Source: Lytechinus pictus
Taxonomy: Eukaryota
Direction of reading: 5' to 3'
NCBI RefSeq assembly: GCF_037042905.1
Contig: NC_087252.1
Span: 4,900,001 to 4,960,000 of the forward strand
DNA: 60,000 bases
Below the pieces are notes generated by a model that had not been told where the DNA came from, did not search any database, and saw only the letters and a list, made by a program, of their open reading frames with translations. Below, one piece after another: positions 50,074-60,000 of this stretch. Positions within the stretch are counted from its first letter, which is position 1. The number at the start of each line of letters is the position of its first letter. A program made the position numbers and the translations under genes.

Positions 50074-51664
50074 ATGGAGAGTCGTGTCCATCGGCGCAAC
50101 AGGCTACCTTCATTGGGGTGGAATCAAAGGCGACATGATTTGGCAACTCTGAGTCAAGAGCTGTATCGCAGGTTACTTTCATAGGGATGACTTCTGCAGA
50201 ATCTGGTGGATAGCGACAAGGGTGGTTATCAGTCATCTCGATGGTACGAACAATGGCCGGAGGAAGATTTCTCAGGCTATCCGTGTGTGGTTGGTCATGT
50301 GACTGAAAGTACCGTGTACTGATGTAAGGATCATTGTACGAGGCTTGTGACGTGTCATGTTTGTGGGGTGTAGTGTGTGAATGACCAGGTGAGTGAGGAG
50401 ATGTCAAGATGTTAGACACCAACTCAACCACGAAATTGTCACCGAGCGAAACGAACGAGCGCTGTTTGTTGAGTGGATCCAAATCGGTTAAGTTTGACTG
50501 ATCAGCTGCTGGATCATGCGAGCACGGCGAAACGATCGAATGAGGCAAGCATGACTTAACATCTAACGAATCGGGCGAGCGCAGCGAAACGTGAGAATCA
50601 GACGTGAGCAGCGAAACGATAGAATCGGGTTTGTGTAACGAGCAGGCCGAAACAGGCGAGTGCAAATCATCGAGCTCAGGCAGCTGCACTTCTTCGTCGG
50701 TCAAACTAGAACCTGACAGATGAGACTGAGCCATCGAGACAGGCAAACGAAACTTGTCGGATGTATCAGGTACAATATCGGATGTAGGCCTATGCTCAAC
50801 GACATCATGCACTAGGGGAGTAATGTGAACAACTTCACTGAGATTCCTGTTCGGTTGGTTTTGACTAATCCCACTTGACTCTACACAAGTGGAGGAACAT
50901 TCAGACTCGGAGGAGTGGACAACCTTAGACACGACACTCAGATTCGGCTGACTCTCATTCGAGTAGACACCAAGTTCTTGCTCACTATTCCCTGGGACTA
51001 TAGCAATGGGGTCTGGCCTAGACGCCACATGCATAGGATCAACATCACCACCAACCTCATCATGAGTAGACTGATCTAGATCTACACGAGCATTCTCGCA
51101 CACCAAAGATTTGTCGATCACGACACCGCTTGAGTTACTATGATAGATAAAAACAGAATCATCACTGAATGTGATCAGATGCCTAGCGGGTCTAACAGAG
51201 ATGTCGTTTGCCTCCATAAATGGGACACCAGCAATAATTCCAGCATTTGTCATGGCATCATCCTCAACAACCAAACCATCAAATTGTAATTCTAGGCCAT
51301 TACGGAAGAGTGAGAAATAAGTCAGGCCAATGATACCATTCTTGTTTACATATTTAGGTATTATTTCAATGTAATCTTCTTCAATCATCATCTCATCAAT
51401 CACTATCTCCAATCCCAATATCTCTGCCATTGATTCGCTGATTAAATTCACCTCACACGCACTCCTAATCTCTACTTCTACTTCTTTCTCATCATAGTTA
51501 TAGTCATAACCACCAATAGCATGAAAATATGGGGATATAACTAAGTTACAAGGATTGGAGCATTGCTCCATTCTACTGTTAACCGCCACGCTCCCTCGCG
51601 AGGCGGTGCCCTTGGCCGCGGACACGCCCACATGTATCGTCGAGCAACTACTCATACTGTACAT
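50074..51664 (-). pseudogene. LTR-element ORF, 5' part: retropepsin-like domain lacking catalytic Asp + S/H/D/P-rich region
   Basis: VEIRSACEVNLISESMAEILGL..FDGLVV..IIAGVPFMEANDISVRPARHLI follows the Gypsy protease pattern with D-S/T-G replaced by RSA; truncated by a hAT insertion. Confidence 0.75.
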
Positions 51665-51825
51665 GAATATACGTTGAAGGGACTACACACACTCAAAATG
51701 CAAAAGAACTCAAACCTATCACCGTTAGGCTAACGGAGCGCCTGGCCCCTTGTTTAGAGTAAGAATTATCGGACTGTTGGTAGGATCACCTTAGGGCCTT
51801 AGGTTCAGACCACAAGCTGCCACCA

Positions 51826-51976
51826 CGCCAGTATATATAAATAAAGATAATTTACCAGACGGAGTATTGAGTGGGAGTGTGTGGTTTATTTAACAACACG
51901 GCCAAGAGGCCGGATAAACGGATAACCGCGCGCTGTACAATGTAGCGACAATGCATTCATAATCAACACCTTGGCG
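51826..51976 (-). repeat. 5' LTR (151 bp)
   Basis: Followed on the minus strand by PBS 51816-51825, complementary to the 3' end of tRNA-Leu (..GCTGCCACCA). Confidence 0.92.
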
Positions 51977-52059
51977 GTGGATCATCATCATTATTATTTA
52001 TATCAAATCATAATAGCACCCTATAATGTCATAAGTTTCCCTGAAAAGGAGCAATCAGT

Positions 52060-52526
52060 TACAGGAATTGGATTAAGGTATAGAACTAACAATTCATTAA
52101 ATATAATTCATTAAAGATAATCAGCTCGTCCTCAACACTGAAAAAACTTGTGTCATGATAATAGGTTCTAGTGCTTATCTCAGGAAAATAGATTCTTTCA
52201 CGATTTCGTTAAACGGTGATTTGATAAATAGAGTTCAATTCACCGAATGCTTAGGATAGGAGTTTTGATAGATGAAGAACTGAAAATAATGGTCAAAACA
52301 AATTGAAAATGTATGTAAACTTACTCAGAAAAGTATTGGCATAATAAAGAGAGCGAAAAGTTCTTTGCCTGTGCAGTCCTTAAAGTTGCTTTATAACAGT
52401 TTAGTGTTGCCAAGATTTGATTACTGTTCTGCTGTATGGTCGAATAGATTTCAATCCCATACAATTAAGCTGCAAAAATTCAGAAGAGGGCTGCAAGAAT
52501 AATATGGAACAAGACATACGACACAC
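52060..52526 (+). pseudogene. CR1/L2-clade LINE ORF2 fragment, 5' piece
   Basis: NQLVLNTEKTCVMIIGS..INRVQFTECLG..KLLYNSLVLPRFDYCSAVWSN..KRAARII, with frameshifts. Confidence 0.85.
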
Positions 52527-55500
52527 TAGTCTAGGTGATTGGTGAAAAAAATGTTCAGAAAATGGTACAAGAATGAAAATCGGCACAAAGTTAGAGTAAG
52601 TTATTCTAAACATTTTTAGCAGGGGGTGCCAACGTGAGTTCACAAAACATAGCAATGGTTGCTAGGTAACATATTTACCTTAGTAACTGAGCTTAATTGG
52701 GCTTGAGTTACATTTTCACAGGCGATATGTCATATAAATTTTAATCTAAAGCATGTACTTTTGTATCATAATAGTTTTGATCCTTTTATTCACAACAACG
52801 GTTGCTAAGTGGCCCTCTTCCGTAGCAACAGATTTTTTGTCTTAGTTCAGATCATTACAATTTACTCAGAATAGCTCAGAAATTAAATCTGGCCCATAGA
52901 TTCCTCATGTGATGAATGTTTCCATAGGTAGACAAAATGAGCACCATAGCAACCGTTGCTAAGTAACATTTTCCACGGTAACCATTTATTATAGGGTATC
53001 TTTTTTATGATTATAATTTCTATGAATCGCATCTTTTTTATTAGCGCATTAATACATTAATCACAACAACCCAAGAACAATTATACCATGTATACAAGCC
53101 CATGCGAAGTACCATTTGGTAAGTAATATGTTTTCTGTAGCAACCAATGGTTAAAGGCCGTAAGGTAAGATTATTGATGTGGGTAAATCATAAAAGTACT
53201 AATAGATGCTTAAAAAGTAAAACATTGCACAACTTCCAAAGACGATGTCTATGGGTTCCATATTATTGGTATAATACATGTATATATTGCATGTGAAAAG
53301 AACCTCACCCATAATTATCCATTTGGAAACCATATTTATTCTAGATTAATGTAAACATTATGTAAAAGATCGACCCTAGGAAATAATTCCACAATATCAA
53401 TATTTAGCAAGAGGTCACTCTTGAAGAACGGTTACAAGAGCTCCCCAGGAGGTCATTGGGTACTTACAACCGAAATATCTCTGATCTTGGAGAGATTAAA
53501 GAATGACCACCAAAAATTGATTGAGTCAACTAAGTTTAGAATTATTTCAAACACCAAAAACTTGCCAGAAGTGAACTTTCAATTGAGTGCTTGAATACCA
53601 CTTTATCCCTTGCTAACAGTAGTCGGCCTCTTGAAAGCCAATACACTTTGCCTTGGTTTACCCACTCCCTTCCGTAGCCTGCGATGAAGATCATATTAGT
53701 TCTCCATGCCGTTCCCAAACCGGATGCCACGGGCAGGAGTTCATTTTGACCAGGCGTTTTTACTTAGATCAATCCTGCGCAGCTGCGGGATCTATCATGA
53801 CGTGAAAGATCTGTTAGAATCGATTGGGACCATTCGGTGTTATTCCTTGCTGTAATTGGCCTGGTTCCTGCAGCTACATAATCTATCATGACTTCTGCAG
53901 AAGTTGATTTGGACCTGTTAGTTCAGATTCCATGGTGTTTTGACCTGGAACAATCCTGCAGCTCCACGTACGATCTATCATGACGTGACAGATCTTGCTA
54001 GAGTTGATTTGGACCTGTCAGTTCCGTTTCTATATATGTATAGGCATGCTGGCCTGGATTCTGGAGCTAAATGACTTGATCCTGCTGAAGTAGATTCGGA
54101 CCTGTCCGTTCTATTTCCTGGTGTTTTGGCATGGAACAATCCTGCAGCTCTAGGATTTGTCATCACGTGAAAGATTTTGCAACTGTTGATTTGGACCAGC
54201 AAGTTCTGTTTTCAGGCGTGCTGGCCTGGATCCTGCAGCTTGGGGATCTATCATGACTTGAAAGCTTGTGCAGAAGTTGATTTGGACTTTACCGTTATTT
54301 TTCTAGGTGTTTTGACCTGGATCAATCCTGTAGCTCCAGGACTTAGCATCACTTGAAAGATCTGTTAGATTCGATTTAAACCATTCATTTCCGTTTCCAG
54401 GCATGTCGGTCTGGATCCTGCAGCTACATAATCCATTGTGACTTCTGCAGAGGTTGATTTGGATTTGTCAGTTCCTATTCCAAGAGTTTGAACCTGGATT
54501 AGTAATGTAGCTCTGGGATTTATCATGACGTGAAAGATCTTGCTAGAGTTGATTTGGACCTGTCAGTTCCGTTTCTAGGCATGTTGGCCTGGATCCTGCA
54601 GCTATGTGATTGATCTAACATGACTCGATCCTGCAGAAGTTGATTTGGACCTGTCCATTTAGTTTCCAGGTGTTTTGACCTGGATCAATCCTGCAGCTCC
54701 AGGATCCATGATTTAAAAGATCGTGCAGAAGTTGACTTGACCTGTTAATTCCAATTGCAGGTATTTTGGCCAGGATCCTGCAGCTTCAAGATCGATCATG
54801 ACTTGATAGATCTAAGCGCATCTGACTTTCTCACCTACGTATGTGAAGCACTTTTGATATCAGGTTGGCTGGACGTGATCCATACTCGGCCACATAACAG
54901 TAGCATTAAGTTCTGATATGCTTCTTCCTTCCATATACCTCCAATACTTCTTGGCATGTCCAACTCAGATGGAAATGATTCTGCTGATGGCACTACCACC
55001 TTGTCTCGCAATATAATTTCCTTATGGAGAGAAATGTTTTTTACACTTTGATTGATGAACGATTAATTGTCCCACCGAAGAGGATGATGACTGTAACTTT
55101 GTTGATGTATTCCTCTGTGGCCTCTGATATTCTTTGTCGAGCATACTGCATGCTTCACAGTAGTCTTGCTTTCCCGTATTTATGATTAACCCAGTCTTAA
55201 CTTAAATTTTGGAATAAATATATGCCCTACTTTGAGAAGGCATGTGCGACACTTAAAATGTACGTTCGATTAGTTCGCTAGAATTGTACCCAAGCTATTG
55301 GAAACTTACAGTGTAAATACAAATCATTTATTTTCCTTCATCATCTAGAAACTGCAAAATATTATGTAAATTATATAAATGACTCAAGTGCCCAGCATTA
55401 TGACCAAATAAAAGAGGTACATACAGTGGTAATTACTTCTAGTAAACTTGGGATTAGAATAATTAGGTTATTTTTAAGATGCTCAAATGTAATGGGCAAG

Positions 55501-56669
55501 AATGATGAAAGAAGTCATTTCAAGCAGGTTGCAAGGCTCTGTACCAACACCTTTACATTGCTTTCCTTTTTCCAACCATTCTTTTTGATGACCTGGTACA
55601 ACATACAATATCTTGCATTTTACCGCATCATCTTCCTGATTTGTAGGATGCGGCGTTAATGATAAGTGTCAATTACAGAGATAACAATTTCTCTTAAAAG
55701 ATTTTGTTGTATAATCGACAAATGTACTGCTTCGTGACATATTCACAAGTGGTACATGTACAGTCGATGCTTGAAGCTGTTTCAGGTCTACTGCATGTCC
55801 ATGATATACAGTGAACATACAGTCAATGATGCTTGAGGCTGTTTCAGGTCTACTGCATGTACATGCTATTCAAGTCAGACAATAATATCAAAACTTTACT
55901 GACAAGTAAGTGTGTGGGCATTAATCGCCATTTCTTCCCAATGAAGCTTTGTCATTTGGGACGATTAGTCTAATTATCAATCAAATTTTAGCTTCCCCTA
56001 AAATTTCAGTGTCTTTCCCAGTGTTCCATGTACATCCACTACAATACCCTGTCACATTTTCATAACAGGCGAGATGCTAATAATTATTAAATAGTAAGCA
56101 CATTCAATGACCCAGTGATGATTTTTGTCGGTGTGTTAGCTTTGTCATGTATGAATAAAAAGTATGAAGAAATATAATCAAATAATGTAGATCAGAATAA
56201 GGTTTATTACCTAGATACTATTATTATGCAGATATTATAATTATTTGGACTGCTTCTGATTTTTTCAGGCTTATTACTCCCAGGTTTCCTACTTTGACCA
56301 ATTTTCTAACAATTTTCATTCAAATATTATGACCAGATGTGGTATTCAGGAATATTATCTGTAGTTGCTATGGAAAATGTGTTGCTTAGCAACTGTTGCT
56401 GTAAATGGTTGGAACGTTGCTTGATATGGGATTGTAAATTAGGCGCTTAGAAGTCAAAATATAGTTTTTAAAATGAAAATAACACCCCCAAAATGGTGGT
56501 TGCTAAGATAAATATGTTACCTAGCAACTGTTGCTATACGAAGAGAGATCAGGTTGGCACCCCCTGCTAAAAATGTTCAGCACTGTTTACTCTACCTGTC
56601 AGCCAAATTTCATGCTTGTACCATAATCTGAACAATTCTTGCTATTTTTTGCACCGATCATCCAGACTA
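52527..56669. mobile_element. Academ-like DNA transposon (degenerate, ~4.1 kb)
   Basis: TAGTCTAGGTGATTGGTG..CACCGATCATCCAGACTA termini, long imperfect TIRs with GTTGCTA/TAGCAAC motifs, 3-bp TSD CAC. Confidence 0.75.
53740..54815. repeat. Degenerate tandem repeat inside the Academ-like element
   Basis: Recurrent GTTGATTTGGACCTG..CCTGGA(TCAA)TCCTGCAGCT..ATCATGAC units of roughly 80-90 bp. Confidence 0.85.
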
Positions 56670-57357
56670 CACCGTTGGCGGATTTGTTCGCAAGTCTTAA
56701 ATGGATGACACTAGACAAACGATTTGAGCTCAGTTGCGTTTTGATGATATATAAATGTGTTCATAATTTAGCACCTTCTTACTTTCAGGTAAACTTAACC
56801 AATCCAAATGATGTACATGAACATCATACCAAACAGAGAGGCAGTGGATATTTACGCGTGCCCAAGTTTCGCACTGTTTCTTCAATATTAATTTTTGAAT
56901 GAAATAAGCTTGATAATTCAATTAGAACAGCTCCTTCTGTCATTTCATTAAAGAGAATCTGTAGAAGAACTTGTAATTTATAAATAACTTACGGAACATC
57001 CACTGTTGTGCGTATTTTGTGTTAGCATGACCTTGATGATTTGGTGTATATTATCAGTATTTTCAAGATGTCGTTCTAGTTAATTTGATTAATTCTTAGT
57101 TAATTCTTAGTTAATTTGATTTATTGATATTTTATTATACGTCAAACGAGTGCCCGTCTGCGTTTTGTTTGCTGCTAAATTTGTTAATGTTTCGTTTTAC
57201 ATTCAAATCCTAATGTGAATCTTAATGCCGTAACATTCTGTACATACGTTATGCATTTTGTAAATATGTTTATTGTTATTCAGGGCCCCATGGAAGATCA
57301 CTTCTTATTGGTGAATGGGTTACCCTGTCAAAATATCAGAAATAAATAAATAAATTA
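56670..57357 (+). mobile_element. CR1/L2-clade LINE, 3' piece with UTR and (AAAT)n tail
   Basis: TPLADLFASLKWMTLDKR..IYKCVHNLAPSYF..; ends CAGGGCCCCATGGAAGA..TTACCCTG..AATAAATAAATAAA. Confidence 0.85.
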
Positions 57358-58160
57358 ATTAAAGGGGGATGGAAAAGCATCGAAGTTGAAACTCATTCGT
57401 GCGGATAAAAGACATTTTCGACAATAATTTCTAAGCCAGGATAAACATAATTGAACACGTCCTTTCATTGGGGCTTTGAGAAGCCATGCATTAGTTAATT
57501 ACTTAGCGAGGTAATTTACCCACAATACAGAGGACCATCAGTGAACGACGTAAACAGGCCAGAAAACACGATTGTGGAAGGAAAGAAAAAAATAATAATT
57601 ATGTGTTTTATTAGTTTACATATACAATCAGAAACACAATAGACAGGAAAGAAAATCAAATAATAGTAGCAAAAGGCTCAGTATAGTAATAATAATAATA
57701 TGCGAACTAGAAATATCACTGAAGATGATTAACACTCCGCCTCTATCATCACCATGGCAACACAGTTTCCATTAAATTTGGAAAATGAGTCTTGAATGTC
57801 TATAAAGACTGAGGAAGTATTTTCATCAGCAATGAGTTTTCCTGTATTTTTCTTCAAATAACATGTCGTTACCATGGCAACGCAATTTATAACACATCTG
57901 GAAGATAATTGCACGTTTTTTGTCGGAAGACCAATGATGGTGCCAACTTTCATGAGCACGGTCAAAAAGTGGGGAAGAGAAATTGTTTTCAATACTTTTT
58001 TTGTCATGCATATAGGGGCGGTGATCCACGGGTTCAACGTGTTCAATGCCCCTTTTAGCCAATTAAAATAATGATCCGTATAACGCATTAATTAACGAGT
58101 ACCTCATATAAGAGCGCATTCCGCCATTATTTTATGCCCGATCATAATACAGCATATATA

Positions 58161-58670
58161 TAGGCGGATCCAAGGGGGGGGGGGGCGAGGGGCCCGCCAC
58201 CCCCCCCCCCTATTGGCAGAGCAAAAAAAAAAAGAAGAAAAAAAAAAGGAAGGAAAAGAGAGGAGGAAGACGGGTGAATAAAATAAGATGAGGGGAAGAC
58301 TTGTAAAATAAAAAGAATCTTTCGTGTCACTATATAAAATTTTCGCTCGCACTTCGCGCTCGCATTCCCTGTTAGGTGATTTACATATCTTGTTCGTTAT
58401 GGAGCTTAAATATCAAATTTGGAAGTCAATATACAATACATATTTCACCTCGGAAATCGAGCTTTCATTATTTTGTGTGATTTCCAAATTGAATTTTAAA
58501 AAGCGTTCTGTAAAAATGAAAGTTTTATGGTCTGAATATTAAAATTTTGGCTCACGATTTGCGCTCGCATCGATGGTTAAAAATTTATTAACTGATGCAT
58601 CGTATTCCTAATTACAAAAGTGCTTGAAATATCAAATTGTCAGGCCATAGTATCACCAGATTTCTCGCCC
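58161..58670. mobile_element. Partial hAT-like element (one TIR-like end)
   Basis: TAGGCGGATCCAAGGGGGG end and CGCTCGCACTTCGCGCTCGC motifs as in the other hAT-like copies. Confidence 0.5.
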
Positions 58671-58709
58671 TAATTAGGCATTAATAAATAAGATATTAAT
58701 CTAATAATT

Positions 58710-60000
58710 GGTTACAGCCCGATAGACCGCGGGTCCGATAGACCGCGGGTCCGATAGCCCGCGGGTCCGATAGACCGCGGGTCCGATAGTCCGCGGGTCC
58801 GATAGACCGCGGGTCCGATAGACCGCGGGTCCGATAGACCGCGGGTCCGATAGTCCGCGGGTCCGATAGACCGCGGGTCCAATAGCCCGCGGTGTGTGTA
58901 AAATTATGGTCAGGATATAGTGAGATCCAATGCCATCAAGAGGTCAAAAGGCCAATGATACGAGTCCATTGGGGTTCTATAACGATGACCCAAAGGACAA
59001 TCGCCCCCTGACATCTACTTCAAGGAAAATATTATCCCCATATTTTATCGTCAGGGACTGTTACCCCCCCCCCCCCGGAAATTTACCCTCTAGACGCCAT
59101 ACGGAGCCATCGACTTGACGACATGGCGAGATACTTTATCTTGCCATGTCGACTAAATAATGGCGTGATACGTTATCCTGCCAAGTCAGTCCACTTATAA
59201 AAAGTTATATGTCAACATGGCGAGATATTTTATCTTGCCAAGTCGACTTAAATAAGTTACATGTCAACATAGCGATATATCGGGATTCTCGCCGGGGCTT
59301 GTACACTTCATATCTCGCCATGTGGACATATCGACTTGACAAGATAGAATATATCGCTATGTCAAAATAATAAGCGTATTAATTAGGTTACAGCCCGATA
59401 GACTGCGGGTCTCCGATAGTCCGCGGGTCCGATAGACCGCGGGTCCGATAGTCCGCGGGTCCGATAGTCCGCGGGTCCGATAGACCGCGGGTCCGATAGA
59501 CCGCGGGTCCGATAGTCCGCGGTGTGTGTAAAATTATGATCAGGATATAGTGAGATCCAATGTCATCAAGAGGTTAAAAGGCCAATGATACGAGTCCATG
59601 GGGTTCTATAACGATGACCCAAAGGACAATCGCCCCCTGACATCTACTTCAAGGAAAATATTATCCCCATATTTTTATCGTGCAGGGACTGTTACCCCCC
59701 CCCCCCCGGAAATTTACCCTCTAGACGCCATACGGAGCCTCTAAAATGCCATCGACTTGACGACATGACGAGATACTTTATCTTGCCTTGTCGACTAAAT
59801 AAGCTTATTATGTCCGCATGGCGCGATACGTTATCCTGCCAAGTCAGTCCACTTATAAAAAGTTATATGTCAACATGGCGAGATATTTTATCTTGCCAAG
59901 TCGACTTAAATAAGTTACATGTCAACAAGGCGATATATCGGGATTCTCGCCGGGACTTGTACACTTCATATCTCGCCATGTGGACATATCGACTTGACAA
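58710..60000. repeat. Tandem ~676-bp unit (>=2 copies, runs off the window), each starting with a 16-bp minisatellite
   Basis: GGTTACAGCCCGATAG at 58710 and 59386; (CCGATAG[A/T]CCGCGGGT)n arrays; the downstream sequence is duplicated. Confidence 0.92.

Larger units (their letters stand above)
45744..51976 (-). mobile_element. Non-autonomous Gypsy-like LTR retroelement with CG..CG LTRs and 3-bp TSD (Troyka-like)
   Basis: Near-identical direct repeats at 45744-45896 and 51826-51976, termini CGCCA..TGGCG, GTG on both flanks. PBS TGGTGGCAGC abuts the 5' LTR and a purine tract lies before the 3' LTR. Confidence 0.88.

Noticed and set aside
53740..54815. CRISPR-like repeat-spacer pattern
   Set aside because: The 'spacers' are themselves homologous; this is a degenerate tandem repeat inside a transposon.
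58714..59525. CRISPR array from the regular 16-bp repeats
   Set aside because: Units are contiguous with no unique spacers, the context is eukaryotic, and no cas genes are present.

Overview
AT-rich, repeat-dense animal genomic DNA, not prokaryotic. The repeat style suggests an invertebrate deuterostome such as a sea urchin (inference only). The left two-thirds holds one minus-strand spliced gene, built here from 11 GT-AG coding exons (35049->10904, 3168 nt, about 1055 aa). It encodes a largely low-complexity nuclear protein with two ING-type PHD fingers, a CxxC..CxxC knuckle and two C-terminal C2H2 fingers. All ten coding introns are phase 1, and candidate non-coding first exons/promoters lie near 37.5-37.7 kb and 39.4-39.6 kb. 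Introns and flanks carry many palindromic MITEs, SINEs, a Helentron-type (HINE) element and (GAT)n tracts. The right third is a transposon pile. It includes a complete non-autonomous LTR element with CG..CG termini, a 3-bp TSD and a tRNA-Leu PBS, whose 807-codon ORF (pseudo-retropepsin plus 13-aa repeats) is split by two nested hAT-like elements. It also includes a CR1/L2-type LINE fragment split by an Academ-like element, and a ~676-bp tandem unit with 16-mer arrays. The most unusual observation is a short SINE-like element whose 5' end resembles 7SL/Alu RNA (32.8-33.0 kb).
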